64,000 nt of DNA, from the NCBI RefSeq assembly GCF_036321535.1, contig NC_087436.1, positions 56,360,001 to 56,424,000 of the forward strand, in the 5' to 3' direction. Below, in pieces: positions 13,738 to 26,866 of the stretch. The notes under the pieces were generated by a model. That model was given only the letters and a program-made list of their open reading frames with translations, was not told the DNA's origin and searched no databases. Position numbers and translations under genes: made by a program. The stretch is from Camelus dromedarius. Its lineage: Eukaryota. Each line of letters begins with the position of its first letter. Within the stretch, counting starts at the first letter, position 1.

Positions 13738-16700
13738 TACAATTGCCTTATAACAAGTGTTTTCATGGATAATATTGTAAACAATACAAATTTTTCTGCA
13801 ACATGGATTTTAAAGACTACATAGTGTATATACAGACACATTCTAATTAGAAAGTCAGTTTTCTGATGATGTATATATATTTAGGGGATTGTCAAGATTT
13901 TGCTATAATAACATCTTTACCTAAAATCCTGTGATGAACATTCTTATGCATGTATCATTGCACATCAATGATTATTTTCTTAATCTACATCCCTAGAAGT
14001 AGTATTATTAGTTCAAAGGATTCATATTTTTAGTTTCACACATGCTGTCAAAATATCCTTTAAAAAAGATTATAAGTTTCTTTTGTATCATCAATATGAA
14101 CATGTTTCAATTACTCTAAAATAATTTGAGTCTGCAGAACTCCAACATGTCCTTTAGAAAGTTCTCATTTTAAAAATGTTACCATATTTGCTTTATGACT
14201 CTCTTGCTTCCTCAGTATGTATGTGTGTGCTTACCTCTCTCTCTATAAAAGATATGTGTGTATATATATATTTGTATTCATATTTATGGTTATCTCTTTA
14301 CATGTATGCATAATTTATGGACCATCTGAAGTTATAGACATAATATTCCTACCCATAAACACTTCAGAGTTCACTTCCTAAGAACAAGGACATTGTCTTA
14401 CCAAATGGTGATACAATTATCAAAATCAGAAAATTAACATGAACATATAAAATGAAAATAAATCTTACTTTGAAATATATATGAGACAGTTTGGATTACT
14501 TATTTTAAACTAAAATCCATACATCTTTATGCCAATTTCTTATCCAAATCTTGAGATGGTTAATATTAAGATTTACTCATCAGTCTAATATATGTTTAAC
14601 AATTACTTATGATCTCTACTACTTGTAAAATATTAATGCAAGTATTCTGTCTGTACCTGAAAAAGCTAAATAAGAATCCATTTTTTAAAAAGCAGTTTTA
14701 ATATGAACAAATTCAGAAACATTGCCTATGGTCCAGAAAAAAAGGAATTCAGGAACTTGACCCACTATAGTACACATCCAAAAAGCCATTCACGCTAACA
14801 CCAACGGAAATCACATATAATTAACACATGCATCGTCTGAAAAGTGCTGCTTAGGAAATCTTGAAAATAATCTGCAGGCTCTTAAAATCAAGCTAAAATT
14901 TTACACAATAAATTGTCTTAATAAATTTTCCCTCTCTCTCTCCCTCCCTCCTTTAGGTTAGAGGCAAAGTTAGCAATAAACTGAAGGTGAGCACAACCTC
15001 TGCCAGGGAGAGGGCAGGTAACAATGTTTATACGCGTGCAGGTGCACAAATACCACGGTGCATACGTGTGCAAACAGTATTGCTGGAAACTTAGCTTAAA
15101 ATCGATTTCCAATTTTAAGGATAACAAAAATAAAAAGCCTGATTTTGCAGAAAACCAAAGAGAACACTGGATACTCTATTAGAACTAGAAGAAATAACTA
15201 CCCCAACACAACACATTGTCAGTATATGAGTACAGAGTATTTTTTATTCAAGTGATATAATTTTATTAAAACTCAGCCTCACTGACTTTTCCATGTAAAT
15301 ACAGAAGACACTGTGAACTGTAAGAATACATATTTATTCCTCATCTTACTAGATTTCTGATTTATGACAGCCACAAGACCAGAAAGGTTCATATTATCCT
15401 CTCATAAAGGATTCTTCCCTTACCATCAAGCACTTTTCTCTAAGGCTAACATGACCTTCCCATTTTCCTTTCCTTTGCCCCAATAACCTTATCCCCTACA
15501 GCCTCATCCACTGCCTCCTTGCCTCCTGTCATGAATACGTGAGCCTTATCAATAAACCTTTTGTTTCTGTTAGTCACGCTGGTCGTGTTTTAATCTGCCA
15601 TTACCTGTTCTCAGAGCATTAAAAATGTAAACATTCAAGTCGCTGCCAGAATCTTGGAAGGGGAACACTACCAGATACCTATCAGGAAAAGAACAGAGCC
15701 CACAGTTCTCTCTGGGCAGCAGATTTCCACCTGGCTGTCACTCCAACTGCTCAGGGAAGTAGAACAGAGCACTCTCCAGGGAAGCCTGGTTCACTGTGAG
15801 AGGCAAGTAAGAATCAGTATTGGTTTCCTAACAAAATAACATTCTGTCACTACTTGTCTCCTTTCTGGTAATTAACTGGTTTGTAACTGCTTAAAATGCC
15901 AGGTCTATTTTTTTTAAGGCTAGAAGATGGCTCATAACTGCAGTAAGAAAAAAAAGAAAAAAATCTAGAAAGAATCTAGAAAATACGATGACCCAAAGAC
16001 ATCTTTATATGTGCTCTCAAAGTTACAATCACAGATAAACTGGAGACATCCTTCTATTAACAGGAGCATAAAGTTGCTGAAAAAATATTCTTGTCAGAGG
16101 ATTTCAGTCAAAAAATAATAGTGTAAAGTAATTTACTTTAATCATATATTGAATTCCATCTTACAGTAATGTCTAGAAATAAATTCACTTTAAGAACAAA
16201 GACATAATTTTCTAGTTCTTTTCCTACATAAAAATATTTAGAATTATATTTCTTGGTAACAAAAGAAGTTAAGACAGAATTTTTATATCCAGATTATTGC
16301 GTTCAACGAGAAAAAAAAAAGAGACTAATTATTTCTAAATTTCTTTCATCCATCCCAAAGTTAACCAGAATTTCCAAAATAATTAAAAGCTGCACATTTC
16401 AAGAAATGTTAGAGCTAACTGCTGACAAGGAATTCAGCTCCGACTCATGTACTGGTTTATACTGTCACTGGCATAAAAAATGTGTCAGAAGGAAAATTCT
16501 GCAACACATCCTTGCACTCTAGACACTATCATATATTCAACCTATCTGTGTTGTGGAGAATAAGGGAGATGTTTCACTGGTTAAATACCTCTTACCTATT
16601 GAGTTTAATCTGTAATTGGCAGTATCTAAACTATGCAACAGCATTTCTAAACAAATCTGTACACTGTTCAGAATATGTATTTTAATTGAATAAGAAAAGA

Positions 16701-16821
16701 AATAATAAGATAAATTTTAGCTTTGGAAATCCTGTATTATAATTTTACCTAAACTATATTGAAATTATCCTATTTCAAAACAGAATGTTGTTTCTGATAC
16801 ATTTTCTAGGAAGTATACATG

Positions 16822-17256
16822 TGTTAGGAAGTTAGAAATGAGCTCTGGGCAAGGGGAGAGGAAGGGGGAGGGGGCAACCCAGAAGATAACAGTACTCCTA
16901 CGCTCAGGATAAGGGGCTCAGTTTGAGCCCCCACCACAGGTTTCTCTGTGTGCATCATGGGTAAGCACTTGCACAAAAGGGATGGTCGTGCCTGAGCGCA
17001 AGGAACGTGAGCTGTCAACCAATCACGAAAACCCCTCATAAGCCAGGATGTAAGACAGGAGAAAGAAAGGAGCGGCACCATGTTTCCTCTCCTGGATCGG
17101 CCCGTCCCCGGTTCTCTGGAGGGTTCTATCTTTTACCACCTTTTTACTTTACGAATAAAATCTGTTTACATCACATTTTCTGTCTCTCACTAAAAATTCA
17201 TTTTTTTTCAGGTGACTAAGACCTGAGGTAATTTTTTCCCCCTCCTCCCGGTAACA
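16822..17256 (+). mobile_element. Solo ERV LTR (435 bp), probably ERV1 class
   Basis: TGTTA...TAACA inverted termini; flanks CATG/CACG fit a 4-bp TSD with one CpG transition; CCAAT near 17019 and AATAAA near 17154. Confidence 0.8.
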
Positions 17257-18391
17257 CACGTACTATATACATAAAGTAATTCCCATAGTAAAACAACAAA
17301 CTTACACCTATTCCAAAAAATTATATGAACTTAATTTGACTTTGTCAAAACCTAATTAGAGAATCCCATTCAATAAAGCAATGGCTTCTATTCATTTTAA
17401 CACCAGTGTTTCACTTCTCTAAATGCTCATCTGAAAAAAAGATTTAACAAAAATAAGTGACTATAATAAGTAATCTGAGAGGAGAAAAATATCCTCATCA
17501 AGTTCTGTGGCCTACATGCCACTTCAATACAACCCTTTACTCACAATATCTTGGTCAGACCACGTGATGCTGAGAGTCTGGGCGTGCATCCTTCCTCCCG
17601 GCATCCCGGTGCCCCTCCAACGCTAAATCTGCAGGCAGGAAGCCAGACACCAGGGCACCACTTCTCCTCCCTATAAGCCTCTCCATCACAGTAGACATCT
17701 CTTCCTACCCTTAGCACCAGCCACAGTGTTACTGGGCTTCCCAGATCATGTTTTATTGTTTATGATGAAGGTGCTACATTTGATCTAATTACTTTTCATA
17801 TTTCTTCCTTCAGGAGAAAGAGTATTATCCTACAGCATTCTGCTTTGCTGGTGCTAAAATGGAGTTAGCAAAGCAAAAGGAAAACTAATATTCATAAAAG
17901 AACTTGCTGCATTCTGGCCACCGTTCATCATTTTTTGAAAGAGAAGATGACAAAATTTCAAGGACCTAAATGTACACTGATAAATATTTATTGGATGTGA
18001 TTCTCTAATTTCCTGCTCACGCATCTAAGCTGGAAAAAAAATCTGAAAAAACTCTACTAGTAGAAAAGGTTTTCTTGTTTATTTTTCAATAAGAAAATTT
18101 ATTGGTAGATATTTCCCCCTACACTTAGGACTTCTCTGATGTCTAATAACAGAACCTCACCTAAGCCTGTTACTATTTAACTCCTAGTAACACAGATGTT
18201 TTGTGATAAGGTTAACCTTTTAACTTTTTTGGAAGAGCAATTATTAAGAATAAAGAACAACAACAAAAAACAGTAAGCTGGGTTTTCAGCCCTCTCTTTT
18301 AATAAGATAGTGTCTGCTTTATAGTAGTTTGCCATTTAGGTTTTAATAAATCTGCTACAATATCTAACAATCTACTGGGCAACACCTAGTA

Positions 18392-18575
18392 CAGGGGATC
18401 TCAAAGTGTGCTCTCTGGACCAGCAGCATCAGCATCACCTGGAAACTTCTTAGAAAGGCAAATTATTAGGGTCCCCGCAGATCTACTGAATCAGAAACTC
18501 TGGGTAGGGGCCAGTATTCTGTGTTTTAACAAGCTCCCCAAGTGATTCTGATGCCCCTAAGTTTAAAAACCTCTG
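18392..18575 (+). mobile_element. MER5A-like hAT-Charlie MITE
   Basis: caggggatctcaaagtgtg...cagcagcatcagcatcacctgg...tactgaatcagaaactctggg...gtgattctgatgc...aaaacctctg; flanks ACCTAGTA/GCCTGGTA match 6/8, consistent with an 8-bp hAT TSD. Confidence 0.85.
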
Positions 18576-18869
18576 GCCTGGTACACAAGTGGGACCTTCA
18601 TAAACGATAAATCAGAAGGAAGTGGAGGAGGGGGAAGAGGAGGGGTGTGTGCAAGGGAGAGAGGGAGCAAGCACCTAATGCCATAGCCTAAGAATAGAGA
18701 AAACGCTAATTGGGCAAAGCAAACATAATAAACAGAAGGCTTTGAAGGAATCATATGAATTGTTTACTGATTATTTTGTGACACAACTAACCACTATTTA
18801 TTGAGAGTTTCCTGACTCTTAGATAAGTAACAGCTTTTATTTTTTTGGTGGGGGGAAGTCATTCAGCGC

Positions 18870-19110
18870 TCTGTATAGAAGATTCAGTGAGATGAGGCCA
18901 CCTGCCTATTTCTCACCTCCAGGACTTACTCTAGCCGTGTAACCTTCGCACAGTACTTAACCCCACTATTCCTCAGCTTGCACGTCTGTGAAATGGGGAT
19001 GACGATAACAGTGCCTTCTGCACTGGGCTGTTAGAAGGACTAAATGAGTTTGTACATGTAAAGCACTCAGAAAAGGCCCACAGTAAGCACTCTATTCACG
19101 TCAGCAAAGA
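18870..19110 (+). mobile_element. MIR SINE
   Basis: acttaacc...cctcagcttgcacgtctgtgaaatggggatgacgataacagtgcc...gttagaaggactaaatgag. Confidence 0.75.
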
Positions 19111-19510
19111 TCACAGTTGTTATGATGATCTCCACTGCCCTTAGCCAGAAAATTGGCCTGGTCTGAGCTTAGAACCCCCTGAGCTAAGAGCAGGGTTCTT
19201 AGAGGGTCCTGCTCTGGCTCCCTTCAACTGTGCCCCTTCCCACTGAGCGTGGGTCTGCAGATCCCAGGCCACGTGCCCACCCAGTTTGTCCTGGTCCTCT
19301 TTCCATTTAAAACATGGGCCATTGCCCCAAAGTCTGAAATTCCACCTAAACGGCCCTAAGCCTGTGTCTGGGAACTGTGAGGCCCTCTTCTCCGGCCCTG
19401 TCCTACTGAAGGCGGACCAAGGAGCTGGTGTACATTCCCTAAGGCCTGAGGGGCGGCCGAGGGGTGGTGGGGGCAAGACACACGGGTGGAGCATAAACGG
19501 GAGGCTGGGG

Positions 19511-20125
19511 TGTGGTAGTGTCGGGCCTGACACTGAGCTTTTGAGGCATCCATTTCAAACACACCCACCTCAAATAAGCACGCCGCTAGCTGTGTGGCAC
19601 TAGCTACTGGTGACACAGCTAGGCGAGGAACCGGGCCACCCCGTCTACGAAGTTCCCTGACAGCGGACCGCCTGAGTAACTTCCCTTTTCCCTGCCTGTG
19701 CCCTAATTCCCGCTCGTATGTTTTAAATTTGCCAGTGCTTCTGTAACCATGTATGGTGACAAATGCTAACTAGACTTGCTGTGGTGATGATTTTGCAGTA
19801 TATACAAACAGTCATTATGTTGTACACCTGAAACTAATATAATGATATGTGTCAATTATAACTCACTTTTTTAATTAATTTGCCAATAAAGAGTGAACCT
19901 GTGAAACACAAGGCCCCCCGCTTTCACCCCCAATAAAGTTAGAACCCCAAGTCCGCACCCGACCCCCATACATGGGCCCTTGCCATGTGGCCCTCAGGTG
20001 TGCTGTGCACCCTCCAGTTCCTGTGAATAATAAACCTTTCTAATTTGCAAAGTTCCCTGATGGCTATTACTGAGATTCATCTTACAATCGTAATGAGAAC
20101 CACACAGGTCCTTCTAGCCACAACA
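19511..20125 (+). mobile_element. ERVL-type LTR (MER54/MER73-like) interrupted by an L1 fragment
   Basis: Starts TGTGGTAG and ends CCACAACA; several AATAAA motifs in the 3' half. Family name is from recalled consensus. Confidence 0.65.
19735..19876 (+). mobile_element. 5'-truncated L1 3' end nested in the LTR
   Basis: tatggtgac...aactagacttgctgtggtgat...gttgtacacctgaaactaatataat; AATTTGCCA direct repeats at 19726-19734 and 19877-19885. Confidence 0.8.
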
Positions 20126-21611
20126 TTGGCTCCAGCTGGGGAAGTGTCTGGGGGGGGGGCCTGCCACTGTGTTATGGGCCCAGGTAAGTGCTTCAGGCAC
20201 TACCAGCCCATAGCATCTCTATCAACAGGCCGAGACAGACACACGACAAGCACCCACATGCAGGCAAGACAGGCCCTTACAGAACCCAGAACGGGCTCTC
20301 CCCATCACTCCCCTCCCACACCAGAGGGAGTAAGACTAAGCAGTTCAAGCATTCTCAACGCCAAGCTGGTGTTCTCCATCACTACAAAAATACATTTAAG
20401 TCAGGTTAACAGAAACTATATTTACCAGTCTTCTACACTGGTTTATGAGTTTTAAATAATTAGGTGAATGGTATGTGGACTTCCAAATATACTACTGTCC
20501 CAGCTTCGCAAAAGTTAGGGCTATTCTAAGCTAAAATTAAAAATATTAAGAGAAGATGGTTCTATGATTCTTTAACATCATCCCTGTTCTTTATTTGGGG
20601 CTTTATACCATAACATGTAGACACATATCTCCAATATGAATTCATAGAGACATATATCCAATATGGCTACAACACAAAAGTTTCTGACCAAGGCATTACT
20701 GACTTTTAGTAAACATATAGAGTACACTTCCAATAAAATGTTGTCCATAGCATTTGGTAGAGGCAAAAACAAACCAAAAAAGCAGCAGCTCCATGGTATA
20801 GTTATATAAAAAAGACCAGTGCTCTCAGACACAGTTGCAGTGACTTTTACTGGACCCCAACAGGACTGCGCCAAAAAGGGTGAGGTAGAATCTGCAGAGA
20901 CCTCATCTAGGTACTAACTGGAGTCCTTAGAGTTCAAAGCAGTAAACCCGAATGCCACCAAATTCCCCCCAAATCTATCACTTTATATAATCCTCTACAT
21001 AACCTACCAGCCACATCCACATCCTCCTTCCCATGCTGCCTTGAACCAAAGACTTGTCTTCCCAATACAGCTGCCCCTCTTTTCAAATCCTTTTCATTCC
21101 GTTCTCTAGAGATGTAGTCTATTTTTTTAAGTCCCTACCTGCTCAACCTCCTCAGAGAATATCCTTGGCCTGCCTCGTCCTAACTAGAATCTGGCTCCAT
21201 CTACAGGGCAACATGTGCACTGCAGCCCCTTCAGCACTTGAAGCGTCAGTTTCCTAAACCCCATGGGCTACTTCTGGGACACACCACTTCCACTCGCAGG
21301 TGAAAAGCCTTTTCCTCCCTGAGGGAAGAAATTCTAGCGTGTCTACCTCCATTCCTAGCGCTCCTCCCCCACCTCCCTCCCCCACAGCCGACACGACTGA
21401 CTCTGCACCTGTGCTTTTCAAAATGTTGTCTACAGGATGCCTACTTTTGCAACCAGGTCACAAGGGAATAACTATAAAAATTGAAAGTAAACATTTGGCA
21501 TTTTACAGCAATTTGACATCAGTGGAGTTCTCTTTGAAAAAGATGTCATCAAACTCAACATGGTGAGACACAGCGGCGCTGGCTATACCCACGTATAGAT
21601 TCTTTTTCTAC

Positions 21612-21772
21612 CAAAAGTGTTGCCCAAACTTCCATACGCATATAAATCACTTTGGGAACCTTGTTAAAAATCCATGTTCAGTAGTCTGGGGTGGGGCCTG
21701 ACAGTCTGTATTTCTAAGGAGCTCCAAGTGGTACTGAGGCGGCTGATCCACAGGCCCCCTTTGAAGAATGAC
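21612..21772 (-). mobile_element. MER5-like MITE
   Basis: aaatcactttgggaaccttgttaaaa...ttcagtagtctggggtggggcctgacagtctgtatttctaag...ctccaagtg. Confidence 0.7.
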
Positions 21773-21879
21773 TTTCTCCAACCAGCCAGGCCATTTCCTG
21801 TGCCTGGATTTTGCAGATGTTGCTCAAATATTTCAAACCTAACCGCAGCACTTACTGTTGCCTCTGTTTAGAGTCATGG

Positions 21880-22345
21880 CTACTCACAGGCTGTGCAACC
21901 TTGGGAAAGATAATTAACCTCTCTGTGCTGCAATTTCCTCCTCTTTCAATGGGGAATAATAATCCTAAGTACCTCACTGTATTGCTGTGAAGCTGAATTA
22001 ATTAATGTAATACTAAGCATAATGCTTGGCTTATGTAAGCCATTTTAATTTTTTAATTTCTTATCCCTGCCCTATCCATTTTAGCAAACTTCTATTCCTC
22101 CTTGAAGTCTCATTAAGTATCACTACCAGGAAGCTATTCTGGCATCCTCCCATCCCAAAATGAGCCACTCACTCTTTTGTGTCCTTAATATACCTCATAA
22201 TCTAACTCTACTATTGAGAGGGTCCAAATATACCTGAGTTAGTTACTTACATGTTTCTCTCTCATACGCCAGAGTGCACATCGTGAGAGCAAGGACTTTC
22301 TTTACCCATTTCTGTATCCCTACCACCTAGCATGTTGACTGGCAA
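21880..22345 (+). mobile_element. MIR followed by an L2 3' fragment
   Basis: MIR core (ctgtgcaaccttgggaaagataattaacctctctgtgc) then L2-like gagagcaaggact...tctgtatccctaccacctagca. Confidence 0.6.
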
Positions 22346-23156
22346 AATTTTAAAAACTGAATTTTTGATGTGGCTAATTAGGAATCAATCTTACAGAGTT
22401 CTCTAGGCTATAGTAGGAACAAATGTTATAAAATATTATCATTGAAACCTTGAAATGTCATTGTACTTTGTTGGGAAGATTTTATCTTCTCAAGAAATAA
22501 AAAAATCAATCATAAAGAATCATTTTAGGCTACTTATGTAAGACCCAGGACTGTATGACAATTACAAACTATTTTGTGGTGAGAACAAGAAGAAAAGAAA
22601 CATGGGAGCTGTTTTTAACCAAAAGTCTTTGGGATGCAATATTTATCTTTCTTAATGACCAACACTAAATATGTAAGCCTTAGAATTTAATTTTCTAGGT
22701 ATTTTCTCCATTTTATCCACATGTGATACGTAATTTGACTAAAAAGTAGTTACTCTAGCACGTATAAAAGGAAATGCCATCCAGCAAATAATCTGATTTG
22801 GTCCTTTATAAGGTCCTTATTTTTACAATGAATGTAGTAGCCAAGTAGCCGTTTTTGAGTGAAATGCAACTTCTGAGTAACTTTTAGGGGCGAACAAAAC
22901 ACTCTCTCTCCCTCCTCAAACACACTGCGAGTTCTGGACACTGCAGTTTTCCCAAGGAAGTGAGGTGAGGTTACAGAAATAAGACTCTAAAGCGTGGAGT
23001 CACGTGTGACTCCTTCGCCAAGAACTCCTTGCACGTCTTTGAGTGACAGTCGTGTTGTGTCATCTGCCTCGGTCCTCTGCCCCAGCAGTGGAAAATGGTA
23101 CAGACAGATGCATTTAGAAAACAAAATAATTTAAGGTTTTATTTTCTTTATGTCTA

Positions 23157-23339
<183 letters not shown>

Positions 23340-23845
23340 TCAAAGTTTCACATTATCTAAAACTTTAGAAATCAATACTATTTAGAGAACTCACTTAAAA
23401 TTCTGATAATTTTATTCAAACATGTTGGAAATGTTTACTAGGTAATTTCTTTCAAATTATCATATATTATCTTACTGCAACTTCTGCATTTCAACAAAAT
23501 TACTACTGTATTTGTAATAACCAGTGTTTACAGCGTCAACTGAAGAAGAAGGCTTGGCTTCTTTAGTTAACACAGTTAACTAAGCTGGAATTTGAGCAAG
23601 ATGATCAAATGAGTCACTAAACCAGAAGTTAACAGCAAAAGTGAAAAAAAGAATACTTGATTTCAAAATGAAGGCAGTATTGGCCCAATGAGAATTTTCA
23701 AATTTTTTTCCAAATTATTAAAAAAACAGGCTAGTCAAGACAAACAAACACAAAAAACCACAATTGTTTTACCTTGTTTGAAACTTGGCAGTTTGAAATC
23801 TAGCCAATGAAAGGTTACAAAGTAGAATCAAGTTCTCTTCCTTAC

Positions 23846-23948
23846 CCGACACTGAAAATCTGAGCCTTCTAGTCCCAGACATCCCGAAGTGACCACGGGC
23901 ATCCCAGAATCATCTTCTTCTATCATTGTGAAACAATATCCATCTGTG
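23846..23948 (-). CDS. BMPR1B: BMPR1B coding exon 2 (103 nt), ectodomain
   Basis: (S)[34 protein letters not shown]; acceptor TTCAG|, donor CGG|GTAAGG; phase matches both neighbours. Confidence 0.97.
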
Positions 23949-23972
23949 CTGAAGACCAAACAGGCAGAGTAA

Positions 23973-23994
23973 GTGTGTGTGTGTTTGTGTGTGT
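23973..23994. repeat. (TG)n/(CA)n microsatellite just upstream of the coding exon 2 acceptor
   Basis: gtgtgtgtgtgtttgtgtgtgt, directly visible. Confidence 0.9.
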
Positions 23995-24229
23995 CCAGAG
24001 TAAAAGGAAATGAAGACGTTTATCACTTGTTTCATGGCAAACAAGAAAGTCAATGATCATTACAGGTTACAATCTATTTAAAGAATCCCCAAACTTCCTT
24101 TTATGAAAGTTGATTGAATTATCATAAAATATCTGGTTATATCTCCTCTGTTCAGAAACTTCAGAGAAAGAAGGATCCAAAATTTCCATAATAACCATAT
24201 ATGCCAAATACTAAATACTCTGGCCCTTC

Positions 24230-24370
24230 ACAGGTATCACCTCCAAAGAGGAAGGCAGTAGCATGCTTACCTCCTGGATGAGGAAACCGAGGCTCAGAGA
24301 CCTTGGGTAATTTCTCAAAGGCCTTCCAGCCCATGAGAGGCCAAGCAGGCGTGTGAACCCGTGCAGGCAA
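24230..24370 (-). mobile_element. MIR SINE
   Basis: gatgaggaaaccgaggctcagaga, reverse MIR core. Confidence 0.7.
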
Positions 24371-25943
24371 ATGTTTATGCCGGTTCTCCTTGCTTGGAGC
24401 TGGTGGCATAAGCGTCTCTCTCACTAAGGCACACAGACTAAGGGGGTAGGAGCTGGGGTGAGCACAGCCTAAGCGAGGTGACTGTGACTCTGCCATGCGG
24501 TAGCCTGTTCCGGGCCGACGTCTGGGGACACCAGGCTTTGTGGTAACTAGCCCAGCCTTCAGTTGGGTGTGGCATGAGGATGGATGACAGAAAGGAGGGC
24601 TTTTAACACAATCATGTGCGTCAAAGAAACAATACTTTTAATCTGTCTGGTTTTCTGCATGAAAAGGGACTTTCATTTACTCCATCTCATTTAATTCTCT
24701 CAACCACCATGAGATGTAATATTTCTATTTTTAGAGATGGGTAAATTAAAGTTAGGTGAATCTAACAAACTTGTACAAGGTCATAAAACAAGCAGCTACA
24801 GAATCAAGCCTTGAATCAAGCAAGGACTTCTTGCTTCATTCCCACAGGTTTTCCAAAAGCCCCTCCAGGGATTAAAAATGAAAACCAGGGACTATTGTAT
24901 ATAGAACTATTTATAAACAGACATGACTGTCTTCACAAGCTCGGGTGATGAATGCCAGCCAACTCCCAATATGAGTCACAAACCACTACTGCCATGTGCT
25001 AAGAAATAAACTGTTAAACTAGATCTCCATTGTTTTCTCATGCAGATGCATACTCAGCGTCGAAGACAGATGTAACAACCTAGTCCTGAGAGGTCCGAGG
25101 AAGAGAGCACTGAGCACGGCACTAGCCATGATGTGCGTGTGTGTTCTGTATGAGCGGCAGCAGCGTTCTGCCATACATTAGCCCTTCAGTTATCATCAAC
25201 ACCTTCAGAATTGTTTACTGGCTTTATAAGCCTCAAGTGATCCAAAACACCTCGGTTTACAAGAACCAGCACAGTCAAGTTCAAACATACTAATCAGTGG
25301 CTAGGGAAGGGCAATGATGAATCTCTTTGTTAGATGAAGGTCAAATGCATGAATATGGTTGTAGAAGAAAAATGCAGCTGAACAGCCCTGGCTCTGAAAT
25401 CTTTGGGGCTTTTTTAGCCAATTTACTGAAATTGCTATGAAAAATCTAAGGCATGTAAACACTGAAAACAATAAAAGAGCTGGCCTTAGAAATTTACTTT
25501 AAACAATATAAGCAAACTATACTCAAGTGATTTTTTTATTGCTTTCCTACACAGTTAGACTACACGTGTAACATATTTCTCAACAAAAGTAAAATTCAGG
25601 CATTAGAAATGAAGTCATTTTAAGTTTCTGACATTAGAAAATCACAGAACAGCAAGAAAAGTTAGACACAATGTGTTAAATCTAAAAAGACTAATTTTTC
25701 CTTAATCATGAGGTCTCCCTACTCAAAACATGAGTATACAAAGATGTATTTTTAGGTAACTTATAAGAATCAAAAAAGAGAAGAGAAAAAGCTGGTAAAA
25801 CTGTTGGCATGTTAACTGTTACAATGCCCCAGGATATGTAAAGAAACATCACATCATGGAGAGTAAATTCAAGCTTTCAAAACACACTCCCTTGTCTGAG
25901 AAGAGGGGGAAGCTAAAAATATAAAGAGATGGAAATAAAAATT

Positions 25944-26045
25944 TTGGTGGAGAGCACGCTGTAGTGTATACAGAAATAGAAATAAAACGTTGTACACATG
26001 AAACTTATATAATGTTATAAACCAATGTTACTTCAATACAAAAAG
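25944..26045 (+). mobile_element. Short L1 3' terminal fragment
   Basis: ggtggagagcacgctgtagtgtatacaga...gttgtacacatgaaacttatataatgttataaaccaatgttacttcaat plus A tail. Confidence 0.75.
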
Positions 26046-26654
26046 AATTATGAAAAAGAGGGGATGGAGAGGGAGAGAGACCCTGGAGAAAAGAGTTGGT
26101 GTCCCTAAGGCATCAATTCAGATGGGAACTCAAATAGCTGGAGGACAAGCAAGGAGGTGAGAGAACTGTTTCAAGTACATATTATCTACAACAAAGCAAA
26201 AATAATTTACAAGCTTCTTATTGAAATTGCTAGCTAGTAAGGGACATTAACTGGAAATCAGCAGTACAATTATAGACGTTTAAGAATCACTTAGAACTTT
26301 CAACTCTCAAGCAAGCACAAACGTAAACACAAGTGCTCTCTGGAGTCAAAGCTGATCAATGTCACCCACCACCGAAGGCGACTGCTGAATGTCCCAACAG
26401 GCATTTAACTCTCATTTGAACATTCTGCAGCTGGTTACCCTATTTAAACTTAGGTTTTCAATGTTTTATATAGATTATTACCCCCTCATTCCCAGAGTGT
26501 TGGCAGTGATAACAAGAAGAGATGAAGAATCGTAAAGGAAACAAAAAGGGAAATAATTGTCAACAAAATTGAAAGCATTGAGACGTATACATGAATGCAG
26601 GATGAATCATTTGATTACAATAATGATTATGAATTTTAAAAGAAGACAACTGAC

Positions 26655-26866
26655 AAGGGAGGAGAGGCAAGACAGGGATGGGGAACCAAGAGGTACAAAC
26701 TACCGTATAAAATAAGCTACTAAGGATACACAGCACAGCTCAGGGAGATGCAGCCATTATTTTATAATTACTTTAAATGGAGTATGATCTAAAAAATACT
26801 GAACCATTATGCCATATACCTAAAACTAACGTAACATTGTTAATCAACTATACTTCAATTAAAAGA
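26655..26866 (+). mobile_element. 5'-truncated L1 3' end with TSD
   Basis: gaggtacaaactac...aaaataagctac...tatacctaaaactaac...aatcaactatacttcaattaaaa; AGAAGACAA(C/T)TGAC at 26641-26654 and 26867-26880. Confidence 0.85.

Noticed and set aside
19141..20455. Overlapping ORFs of 73-136 aa
   Set aside because: Expected from stop-codon depletion in a GC-rich, LTR-containing patch; no gag, pol or env motifs.
20504..20513. CTTCGCAAAA match to the BMPR1B start region
   Set aside because: Only about 10 bp with no extension; chance match, not an exon duplicate.
23563..23583. Hairpin TTAGTTAAC-ACA-GTTAACTAA
   Set aside because: Short AT-rich inverted repeat, too small for a pre-miRNA or MITE.
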